Shown here: in pieces, positions 1 to 7,658 of the stretch
Layout of the letters: the number at the start of each line of letters is the position of its first letter
Numbering within the stretch: position 1 is the first letter of the stretch
NCBI RefSeq assembly: GCF_001306055.1
Contig: NZ_LGHJ01000029.1
Coordinates: 44,683 to 76,682 of the forward strand
DNA length: 32,000 nt
From: Bellilinea caldifistulae
GTDB taxonomy: Bacteria; Chloroflexota; Anaerolineae; Anaerolineales; Anaerolineaceae
Reading direction: 5' to 3'
The notes under the pieces: model-generated
Seen by the model: only the letters and a program-made list of their open reading frames with translations
What the model was told of the DNA's origin: nothing
Databases searched by the model: none
Made by a program: the position numbers and the translations under genes

Positions 1-491
1 GTCGTTCTGGTGGAACTGAATTATTCGGTATCGTTGAAATTGGTGAAGAACATGGTGGAATGTGCTTTGGAGACGGGATTCAGTACACTACCGGCTGCAC
101 TTTCGGAAAAGGAAATATTCAAAAACAACCTGTGGGAAAACTGGCTTTTACCCTGATCGAAAAAGATACCAACCGTGCGGTTCGAGTAGTTTTTACCAGT
201 GCATTGCAAAAACAAATTGCTGCCTCAGCTTTTATGCAAAAACGAGCAGCTGGTATCCCGCCAAATGAGATTCCTCTTGAAGAACAAATGGAATTGGTTA
301 ATCTGGTTTGGGACGCCCCCGAAGAACAAATCCTGAAAATCGGTGAGATTTATGAGTATCCAGGTAATTGGCTGCCCGAAGTAATGGGGTTTCGCCCGTG
401 TGATTCTTGTGGTGAATTGACTGCGCTTGCATACTTAAGAGTTGATGGCAACCATCATGTGTGCATTCCCTGCTCTGGCTACGGCAGATAA
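1..491 (+). CDS. FmdE-family (formylmethanofuran dehydrogenase subunit E-like) protein with C-terminal Zn-ribbon; 5' end lies outside the window
   Basis: The reading frame is open from nt 3. It carries the FmdE-type core CFGDGIQYTTGCTFGKGN and a C-terminal CDSCGE...CIPCSG four-Cys ribbon. Stop is TAA at 489-491. Confidence 0.8.
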   Translation, partial: RSGGTELFGIVEIGEEHGGMCFGDGIQYTTGCTFGKGNIQKQPVGKLAFTLIEKDTNRAVRVVFTSALQKQIAASAFMQKRAAGIPPNEIPLEEQMELVNLVWDAPEEQILKIGEIYEYPGNWLPEVMGFRPCDSCGELTALAYLRVDGNHHVCIPCSGYGR

Positions 492-495
492 CTCC

Positions 496-1248
496 ATGTC
501 ATTTCAAATCTACTTGATCAGCGCAATTCTGGTATTTGTATTTTCAGGATTGCTTGCAATGGCGGGACTTGGAGCAGCCTTTCTCTTTGTTCCTCTTTTC
601 TATTACCTGGGAGTACCTCTGGAACAGGCAACTTCAACCGCTTTATTTTTGAATGTAATCAGCCTTCTGTTTGCAACAATCAACTACTGGCGCAGCGGGC
701 TGGTTAATCTCAAGGTCGGTTTACCAATTCTAATCACCGCCGTTTTATTCGCTCCTCTAGGTGCGCGACTGACTTCCATAACCAACAAAACCGTGTTACT
801 TGGTTTGTTTGCCGGATTCTTGATTTTTGCTGGCAGTATGATGCTTTTTTACCGCCCGGCTCATTCCACAAACCCCATATCCAATAATAACCTCCTGTTT
901 TTTAGCACCCTGACCGGGGGATTCGCTGGTTTTTTGGGTGGACTGTTAGGGGTGGGTGGGGGTAATTTTGTACTGCCCTTTTTGAATTGGATTGGGTTAG
1001 AAGCAAAAATTGCCTCTGCCACAACCGCACTCGTGGTTGTGGCCTCTTCATTCTCAGGGTTTTTGGGCCATGCCACAATGCAAAATATCAATCCGGTTTT
1101 TATCAGCCTTACAGCCATCACTGCCGCCGGCGGCTCAATCCTTGGTTCCTATCTGATGAAAAACCGGCTCACGAATACACAACTCAAAAAAATAATTGGG
1201 ATCATCCTTTGGATAGTAGCCATCAAAATCATCGTAGATCTGTTTTAA
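496..1248 (+). CDS. TauE/SafE (DUF81) family anion-exporter-like membrane protein, paralog 1
   Basis: Polytopic hydrophobic protein with Gly-rich helices typical of TauE/SafE (GGFAGFLGGLLGVGGG). The ATG at 496 lies 4 nt after the FmdE stop. An in-frame ATG at 442 would overlap FmdE, so the start is uncertain. Confidence 0.8.
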   Translation: MSFQIYLISAILVFVFSGLLAMAGLGAAFLFVPLFYYLGVPLEQATSTALFLNVISLLFATINYWRSGLVNLKVGLPILITAVLFAPLGARLTSITNKTVLLGLFAGFLIFAGSMMLFYRPAHSTNPISNNNLLFFSTLTGGFAGFLGGLLGVGGGNFVLPFLNWIGLEAKIASATTALVVVASSFSGFLGHATMQNINPVFISLTAITAAGGSILGSYLMKNRLTNTQLKKIIGIILWIVAIKIIVDLF

Positions 1249-1258
1249 GGAGGAAAAC

Positions 1259-1999
1259 ATGGAAACAACTATTTGGATCGTCATCGGCCTTGGAATACTG
1301 TCCCTGATCAGTGGGATGCTCGGATTGGGGGTAGCGTTTGCTGCCTCGCCGTTTTTATCCTTTTTTATGACCGATTTCGTTCATCAAGTGCAACCCCTCA
1401 CCCTCTTATTGAACGGTTTAACCGCCTTATTTGCAACTTTTGGGTTTGCAAGAAGTGGTTTCGTGGATTGGAAAAAAGCCATTACACTGGCTGTTGTGAC
1501 CACCTTGTCCGCACCCATCGGCTCTTTGTTGGCACAAATCATCCCACAGACCATCATTTTGGTGATTTATTTCGCCGCAGTAATATTTTTAGCCTATTCT
1601 CTCTTTCGGCCGGTTAAAAAAGAACAGCGAACTGGTGAAAATTTTAGACTCGCACTGATATTAGCCATTCCAATTTCGATTTTAGCAGGCTTTCTAGGGG
1701 TGGGTCCAGGTTTTTTATTGATGCCCACTTTGATCATTGTAGGATTTGAGCCTAAAAAAGCAGCCGGTATCAATGCTTTTGCCGTAACCCCACCCTCTTT
1801 TTCTGCCTTGATTCCTCATCTCGCGAACGCGAGTTGGGATTTGAATTTAACCCTCATTTTGCTGGTAGTTGGAACCGCGTTTGCCTTCACAGGCGCACGC
1901 ATCACCAGCCGTTTTGTGCCTCCGGCGCGACTCAAACAAATATTTGGCATCGTCATCGTAATTATGACAGCCTATAAATTATTTACTCTGCTGGCTTGA
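1259..1999 (+). CDS. TauE/SafE (DUF81) family membrane protein, paralog 2
   Basis: Second polytopic TauE-like protein (LAGFLGVGPGFLLMP). A strong SD, AAGGAGG at 1247-1253, overlaps the stop of paralog 1. The gap between the two genes is 10 nt. Confidence 0.85.
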   Translation: METTIWIVIGLGILSLISGMLGLGVAFAASPFLSFFMTDFVHQVQPLTLLLNGLTALFATFGFARSGFVDWKKAITLAVVTTLSAPIGSLLAQIIPQTIILVIYFAAVIFLAYSLFRPVKKEQRTGENFRLALILAIPISILAGFLGVGPGFLLMPTLIIVGFEPKKAAGINAFAVTPPSFSALIPHLANASWDLNLTLILLVVGTAFAFTGARITSRFVPPARLKQIFGIVIVIMTAYKLFTLLA

Positions 2000-2010
2000 A
2001 GCCATCGCCT

Positions 2011-2256
2011 TCAAAGGGATCGCTGATTTCGATAGGTCAGCAGCGTAGAAAGCAAAATCACAAAAAAGTACACACTTACCAACAGGGCAGCAATCGCAAT
2101 CCCTTTGGCATGCAAGTTCATCAGAATCAGGGAAACTACAACTCCAACCAGCGGGACCGCTACACAGGTTGCAGTCAGTACTTTCCTCTGAACCCGGCGC
2201 AGCAGCCAGCAAGCTACACAGCCAATTGCCCACAAAGCAACAATTACGTAAAACAT
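2011..2256 (-). CDS. small hypothetical membrane protein (81 aa, about 3 TM helices)
   Basis: ATG at 2254-2256 is preceded by GGAGG (plus-strand cctcc at 2262-2266). The product MFYVIVALWAIGCVACWLL... is very hydrophobic. A near-consensus promoter lies just upstream. The overlapping ORFs in other frames have unconvincing composition. Confidence 0.55.
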   Translation of the reverse strand: MFYVIVALWAIGCVACWLLRRVQRKVLTATCVAVPLVGVVVSLILMNLHAKGIAIAALLVSVYFFVILLSTLLTYRNQRSL

Positions 2257-2285
2257 GGCGACCTCCGCCGGCACTGGTTTGATAG

Positions 2286-2313
2286 ATTATCTTTGTGAAA
2301 TCTTAATTGTCAA
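2286..2313 (-). promoter_or_regulatory. sigma70-like promoter for the small membrane protein (TTGACA-16 nt-GATAAT on minus strand)
   Basis: The minus strand reads TTGACA (2313-2308), a 16-nt spacer, then GATAAT (2291-2286). This sits about 30 nt upstream of the ATG at 2256. Confidence 0.45.
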
Positions 2314-2417
2314 TTATTATTGAAATCCAGTACCATATTTATTATACAAAAGTTATGCGATCATGGATAGTATCCAAATTCACAAATCTTCATGATGACT
2401 ACACCTAGTTAAGATAA

Positions 2418-2452
2418 AATTGGGTGCCTCAAATAGTTTGAGACACCCAATT
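2418..2452 (-). terminator. intrinsic terminator downstream of the CBS/ACT gene
   Basis: Arms of 16 nt (aattgggtgcctcaaa / tttgagacacccaatt) flank a 3-nt loop. The single imperfect position is a G-U wobble on the minus transcript and a C-A mismatch on the plus transcript. The minus transcript continues AUUUUAUCUU. Confidence 0.6.
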
Positions 2453-2478
2453 ATGCTGTTTGACTTTATCCAAAACCC

Positions 2479-3132
2479 TTAAGCCAAGCCGGTCTCGCGG
2501 ATATCTACGATCCTTTCAACGATTGGAGAAACCGCTTTCTTCAGATCCTCCAATTTAACCCCATTGACCTTGATGGTTACAATTTGAGTTTCAACTCTTT
2601 CGCCAAGCATGGTACCTAAACCGACCACATTGCCGCCCAAATTATAAATCACACCAGAAAGCTGATGGAGCTTGCCGGGTTGATCCAACAATTCCACCGT
2701 CAACCGTACTCCAGATTTTCTTGCCCCAAGCATTTCTAAAAGGATATTGAACAGGTCTGTTTCGGTGATGATACCTACCAGACTCTCGCCACGCATGACC
2801 GGGAGCCCGCCAATCTTGTTGTCCGCCATGATTCGAGCAGCCTCTTCAATCGGGCAGTCTTCCTGCGTCACAATCACATTTTTGGTCATCACCCGTTCAA
2901 CAGTGATCTTACTCAGCAAATAATTGATTTCCCAGACACTCAGAGTGGTTGCCTCGGAAGGTTGAGCATTCATCAAATCGGTGTTGGTAACAATTCCAAT
3001 CAATTTTCCGCGTTTATCAACAACCGGGTAACGGCGGACTTTGTCTTTGCGCATCCTTGCCAGGGCGTCCTGAACCGGCACATCTGGCTCAATCGTCAAT
3101 ACAGGGGTTGACATTCGCTCACCGACTAACAT
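2479..3132 (-). CDS. CBS-pair plus ACT domain protein (AcuB-like ligand-sensing protein)
   Basis: Two CBS repeats (MSTPVLTIEPDVPVQDAL...VVDKRGKLIGIVTNTDL and MTKNVIVTQEDCPIEEAA...VMRGESLVGIITETDL) are followed by an ACT-like tail. ATG at 3130-3132 follows AAGGAG. The longer ORF begins at a TTG at 3156. Confidence 0.8.
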   Translation of the reverse strand: MLVGERMSTPVLTIEPDVPVQDALARMRKDKVRRYPVVDKRGKLIGIVTNTDLMNAQPSEATTLSVWEINYLLSKITVERVMTKNVIVTQEDCPIEEAARIMADNKIGGLPVMRGESLVGIITETDLFNILLEMLGARKSGVRLTVELLDQPGKLHQLSGVIYNLGGNVVGLGTMLGERVETQIVTIKVNGVKLEDLKKAVSPIVERIVDIRETGLA

Positions 3133-3220
3133 AGGGCTTTTCTCCTTAGTACTCAAAATTCAACATCTTTATTCTATCAAATACTGAGCATTGTGCGGGT
3201 CTCTTTATTCTCGTAATTTT

Positions 3221-4804
3221 TTAAGCATCTTCAGGTTCAAGCCGGAACGGATCAACATCCGGAATACCCGGCTTAACAAAATTTCGAATTGGTACATAGA
3301 GTAAGGCCCCAAGGGCAATAAATGCCAATGCTAACCAGAGTGAATTAAGCCCCTCTTCAACCAGCTGACTGTAAATAGCCAGAAAAATCACCATTGAAGG
3401 ACCCAGAGTTGCCAGGAACAACCCGGCATATCCACCCGGTATTTTTTTGCGGGGCACTTCTGGTTTCGAAAACCGCAATTTCCATAACGCCAGAAACTGC
3501 ACGAACAACACCATCATGTTTAAGAACACATCCACAACCACAAGAAAGGCAAATGGCTGCAACGAAAAGATTGAATAAATGACACCGCAAAGAAGGATGG
3601 AAACATACGGTGTACCGAATTTTGGGTGAACTTTTGTTAGAAAAGTTGGCATCATCCCATCTTCAGCCATTGCAAATGGAACTCTTGTTCCACCCAAACC
3701 ATTCCCAATAAATAAGCCAATCATGCTTAGGATTGCCGAAATCGTGACCAGTAACCCTAAAACACTGGCAAGCGGGCTGTTCTTCACACCGGTCATTTTA
3801 TCTGCAATCGCGTGGGCAATATCTGGGAACTCCCATCCCACTGAAGCCCGTGGATCAACCCCCCATTCAACCAGCGTATCTTCGCTAATGCCGTATTCCG
3901 CCATCAGTGCACCAATACCAGCCCCGACTTCGGGTTCTTCCTGCCCCCATAAATGGTATTTTCCATCCTCACCAGCCCCACCAAACAATCCGGCTGTGAC
4001 CGGTAATGAATATGTGGCAATAGCCGCAATCAAAACCAGCACCATTGCAATCGGATAAGTCCGTTTTGGATTAACAATTTCATCACCCGCCGCGGTAGGA
4101 AGTTCCCATCCCATAAAATTCCACATGACCACAAATAACCCCACACTGAGGGCACCGGTAATGGTTTCTCCTTCGGGTAAAAGCGGGATCGAGAGCGTGG
4201 TTCCTCCCTTAATCCATTGGTAGATTCCCAGCCCGGACATCAGGATTAAAGGGATAATCATGATTACTCCGAGACCATTTGCGGTCATGCCGGCAAGTCT
4301 TGCTCCCCGAATATTCAAACCGGTAATGATCCAGATCAAGACCAATGCGACCAGCCATGATAAAACCCACGCCGGTATTTCAATGCCATTGATTACCGTC
4401 CCGGTACGGAGGATTGGTATAAAATAGCCCAGATAATAAGCCGCTAAAACAGGGTAAATGGCCACGTCCACCCATGAAACTACCCAATTCATCCACCCTG
4501 CCATAAAACCGGCAAAAGGGCCAAATGCTTGCTTCACCCAATGATAATACCCTCCCTCGACCGGCATCATTGAGGTCATTTCGCGTACCATCAACATGTT
4601 GGGAATACTGAAAATCAGGGGTGTCAAAACAATCAAAATCAAAGCCATACCGGGTCCAGATAAGCCAACCAACGGTTCTATCCCAAAGGCGCCTCCACAA
4701 ACCGTAAAATAAATCAAACCAAATAAAGGCAAGAGAGTTAATTCACGTTTTAGTTTGCGGGCTTCCTGTTGAATATTTTCTCCTTTGCTGTGAACAATCG
4801 CCAT
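3221..4804 (-). CDS. APC-superfamily amino acid/polyamine permease
   Basis: 527-aa polytopic protein with an N-terminal FGLIYFTVCGGAFGIEP motif typical of APC permeases. SD GGGAGG lies 5 nt before the ATG. Confidence 0.85.
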   Translation of the reverse strand: MAIVHSKGENIQQEARKLKRELTLLPLFGLIYFTVCGGAFGIEPLVGLSGPGMALILIVLTPLIFSIPNMLMVREMTSMMPVEGGYYHWVKQAFGPFAGFMAGWMNWVVSWVDVAIYPVLAAYYLGYFIPILRTGTVINGIEIPAWVLSWLVALVLIWIITGLNIRGARLAGMTANGLGVIMIIPLILMSGLGIYQWIKGGTTLSIPLLPEGETITGALSVGLFVVMWNFMGWELPTAAGDEIVNPKRTYPIAMVLVLIAAIATYSLPVTAGLFGGAGEDGKYHLWGQEEPEVGAGIGALMAEYGISEDTLVEWGVDPRASVGWEFPDIAHAIADKMTGVKNSPLASVLGLLVTISAILSMIGLFIGNGLGGTRVPFAMAEDGMMPTFLTKVHPKFGTPYVSILLCGVIYSIFSLQPFAFLVVVDVFLNMMVLFVQFLALWKLRFSKPEVPRKKIPGGYAGLFLATLGPSMVIFLAIYSQLVEEGLNSLWLALAFIALGALLYVPIRNFVKPGIPDVDPFRLEPEDA

Positions 4805-4896
4805 TTCGACCTCCCGAAGAGTGAGTAAATAAGATAAATTCTATAAGAAATTATTTATGGCGGTTGTCTTTTTCCTGCATTTGAAAAATCACTTCT

Positions 4897-5718
4897 TCAG
4901 GCAGATTCCAGTTCAGCTCCGCATAATTTACAAAAACGGGCATCTTGATCGTGACCATGCTGATTGCAATTAGGGCAAACCCGATTCAAGCGTCGGCGGC
5001 GCTGTTTTTCTTTCCCTAATTCAATGGTTACAATCCCCGATGGCACTGCTATCAGACCATAACCCAAAATCATCAAAAAAGCCGCCAGGGCTTGACCCAA
5101 GGGTGTTAAGGGAGTTATATCACCATAGCCAACGGTGGTAACGGTTACAATCGCCCAATAAACGCTCCGCGGAATACTGGTATAACCGGCTTGCGGCCCT
5201 TCAATGAGATACATTAACGAACCCACAATTAACACAACGGTTAAAACGATTGTGAGGAATACCAGAATCCGCCTCCAGCTGGATTGAATTGCACTTCGTA
5301 AGACTTCTATTTCTTCAACGTATTCCATCAGTTTCAAAATTCTGAAGATGCGCAGCACCCGCAGAACTCGAATCACAATCAAGAAACGGCTTTCAGGAAA
5401 AATAAGGCTGACATAGGTGGGCAATATTGCCATTAAATCAATCAACCCATAAAAACTGCGCGCATAATATCCGGCATTTGGTGAACTGTAAAGCCGAAGA
5501 ATGTATTCGATCGTGAACAAAATGGTGAATAACCATTCCAGAACATACAGGTGATAGCCAAAACGGGCCGAAATATCCGCCATGCTGTCGGCCATTACAG
5601 CAGCCACACTGGCTAAAATCAGAAGGATCAGAATAACATCAAATGCCCGTCCCTCCCAGGTATCATGCTCAAATATGATTTGATACAACCTTTTTTGTAG
5701 CGAATTTCTCTTACTCAT
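4897..5718 (-). CDS. voltage-sensor-type (6TM) potassium channel with C-terminal zinc ribbon
   Basis: K+ selectivity filter TVTTVGYGD. S4-like arginine ladder RVLRVLRIFRILKL. C-terminal CPNC...x13...CKLC ribbon. Confidence 0.85.
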   Translation of the reverse strand: MSKRNSLQKRLYQIIFEHDTWEGRAFDVILILLILASVAAVMADSMADISARFGYHLYVLEWLFTILFTIEYILRLYSSPNAGYYARSFYGLIDLMAILPTYVSLIFPESRFLIVIRVLRVLRIFRILKLMEYVEEIEVLRSAIQSSWRRILVFLTIVLTVVLIVGSLMYLIEGPQAGYTSIPRSVYWAIVTVTTVGYGDITPLTPLGQALAAFLMILGYGLIAVPSGIVTIELGKEKQRRRRLNRVCPNCNQHGHDQDARFCKLCGAELESA

Positions 5719-5799
5719 TTTTCCCGGATCGCATTTCGGTTAATAATGGCTTATAATACCACTTCATTTGTCCTAGGATAAGTCTTTCAAGGTAATTGA

Positions 5800-6352
5800 A
5801 TGACCAACCAGAAGAATTTATATTTTTGTATTTCGATCCTCTGGTACTTAACCGCCCTCGTTCTTATCCTCAGTTCACTGGGCTGCAGCCAGAGCAGTAC
5901 GGATTCCATTCAACCTACCGGTTTGGTCGTCAAATTCGATTGTATTCCCCTACCGCAAGAACCTCAAAATGCAAAAGTCGTATCCATTATTGATGGCGAC
6001 ACGATTAAAATTGAAATTGACCGTCAAAAAGTAAATGTTCGTTACATCGGCATCAATTCGCCCGAATTGGATTCAAATGAAAGAGAGCTCGCCGAGGAAG
6101 CACTGCAATTCAACGCCGGTCTTGTGGAAAACCAAATTGTAACGCTTTTATCGGGACACTTCCGATACCGACCGCTTCGGCCGATTGCTGCGATATGTAT
6201 TCATGGACGATGTGTTTGTAAATTACGAACTAATCCGAATGGGATATGCCCGACAGAGAGATTATCCACCGGACAGTGCTTGCAAAGACCTTTTCATCAA
6301 AGCCCAACAGGAAGCTATCGCCATGCGACGTGGAATTTGGAAAACTCAATAG
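5800..6352 (+). pseudogene. thermonuclease (staphylococcal nuclease/SNase family), secreted or lipoprotein-like, interrupted by a +1 frameshift near 6143-6155
   Basis: Frame 1 gives a hydrophobic leader ending LGCSQ and SNase motifs (IIDGDTIKI, VRYIGINSPE). After about 6155 frame 1 becomes Arg/Cys-rich junk. Frame 2 (stop 6350-6352) reads DTSDTDRFGRLLRYVFMDDVFVNYELIRMGYARQRDYPPDSACKDLFIKAQQEAIAMRRGIWKTQ, the canonical SNase C-terminus. Total length is 553 nt, not a multiple of 3. Confidence 0.8.
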
Positions 6353-6364
6353 CAACTATTGGTC

Positions 6365-7429
6365 ATGACCGAGATTTTTAGATTAGACCCCTTCAACCCG
6401 GATCCAAATATCATCCATAAAGCTGCGCAAATCATTCAAGCAGGAGGTTTAGTAGCATTCCCAACCGAAACCGTTTACGGTCTGGGGGCAAATGCATTCA
6501 ATAGCCACGCCGTTCAGCGGATATTCCTCGCAAAAGGGCGGCCGGCTAATGATCCGTTGATTGTCCACATTCAAAACAAAGACTGGCTGGATAAAATAGT
6601 CAATAACCGCCCCCCAAAAACCGATTTATTGGTCAACCGGTTCTGGCCGGGTCCACTGACATTAATTTTTCCCCGAAAGTCGGAGATTCCTTTGAATGTC
6701 ACCGCCGGTGGAAACAATGTCGCAGTGAGAGCACCTTCTCACCCGGTGGCTCAAGCGCTCCTCGCCGCCAGTGGACTGCCCATCGCGGCCCCATCGGCCA
6801 ATCGTTTCGGTCACACCAGCCCTACTCAGGCCAGCCACGTTTTGGATGACCTCAGCGGACGTATTGACCTGGTGTTGGATGGAGGGGAATGCCCCATCGG
6901 CCTGGAGTCCACGGTTCTCGACCTCACTCAAGACCCCCCGGTGATCCTGAGACCGGGAGGCGTTCCTCGCGAAGAAATTGAGCAATTAATTGGAAAAGTT
7001 CGCCTCGCCACAAAAGACAAGAGTAAAGAAACCGAGGAAGCCCTACCTTCACCGGGCTTAATGGAGCGGCATTACTCGCCCCATTCCACCCTGATCCTCG
7101 TCGAAAACATAACCGGCAATCGCGAAATTGCCATAAAAAAAATTCTTGATCATGTCTCTCAGGTTCAACAAATTACCCGAAAATCCATTGGTATTTTGAC
7201 GGTCAGTGAAGAAACCCACTATTACGAATCGGTACAAGATTTGGAGGTAATATCGCTGGGATCCTTGAATAACCTTCAAGAAATTGGGCGCAATTTGTTC
7301 GCTGGTATGCGTACCCTTGAGCAGGCAGGAGTTGAGATTATCCTCACCACCGACTTTGGAGAGCAAGGATTGGGTCTTGCCATCCGAGATCGCTTGCGAA
7401 GGGCTGCCAGCCAGATCATACGCGTCTAG
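6365..7429 (+). CDS. tsaC: L-threonylcarbamoyladenylate synthase (Sua5/YwlC-type TsaC with C-terminal Sua5 domain)
   Basis: YrdC-fold motifs GGLVAFPTETVYGLGANA, KGRPANDPLIVHI and SANRFGHTSPT, plus a C-terminal extension of about 140 aa. The ATG at 6365 is preferred over the TTG at 6359. Confidence 0.9.
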   Translation: MTEIFRLDPFNPDPNIIHKAAQIIQAGGLVAFPTETVYGLGANAFNSHAVQRIFLAKGRPANDPLIVHIQNKDWLDKIVNNRPPKTDLLVNRFWPGPLTLIFPRKSEIPLNVTAGGNNVAVRAPSHPVAQALLAASGLPIAAPSANRFGHTSPTQASHVLDDLSGRIDLVLDGGECPIGLESTVLDLTQDPPVILRPGGVPREEIEQLIGKVRLATKDKSKETEEALPSPGLMERHYSPHSTLILVENITGNREIAIKKILDHVSQVQQITRKSIGILTVSEETHYYESVQDLEVISLGSLNNLQEIGRNLFAGMRTLEQAGVEIILTTDFGEQGLGLAIRDRLRRAASQIIRV

Positions 7430-7450
7430 TTTTCCCCTTAAAACACAAAA

Positions 7451-7477
7451 CAAGGCCGGTTGTCCAGGCCGGTCTTG
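7451..7477. terminator. GC-rich hairpin, possible terminator (T-rich tail only on the minus-strand side)
   Basis: caaggccgg / ccggtcttg forms a 9-bp stem with one non-Watson-Crick position. The minus transcript continues UUGUUUUGUGUUUU. The plus transcript continues CUUUGCUG, which is weak. Confidence 0.4.
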
Positions 7478-7596
7478 CTTTGCTGAAGGAGGAAAAATTT
7501 TTCTCTGGAGGATTACTTACTCAAAGGATAATCCTCCAAACTCAATTCAGGATCGGCCATCATTCCAATATTGACCTCCCCGAAGGAATGGTTCTT

Positions 7597-7644
7597 AAAA
7601 TAGACAATCGGCCAGTTAGAGTAACTGGCCGATTGTCTATTTTT
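7597..7644. terminator. bidirectional intrinsic terminator between tsaC and the protease gene
   Basis: Perfect 22-bp inverted repeat aaaatagacaatcggccagtta / taactggccgattgtctatttt with a 3-nt loop (gag). An A4 run on one side and a T4 run on the other give a U-tract on either strand. Confidence 0.8.
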
Positions 7645-7658
7645 ACTGTGCTTATGGG

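Noticed and set aside
442-495. Upstream ATG start for TauE paralog 1, overlapping the FmdE gene by 50 nt
   Set aside because: Not excluded, but the added residues (MMATIMCAFPALATADNS) precede the first TM helix. The ATG at 496 gives a compact non-overlapping arrangement. Start left flagged as uncertain.
1979-2298. Alternative ORFs (1996..2298 plus, 1979..2233 minus) overlapping the small membrane protein
   Set aside because: Their Gln/Asn/Arg-rich or Cys-rich translations have no SD. The 2011..2256 minus frame has GGAGG, a promoter and coherent TM helices.
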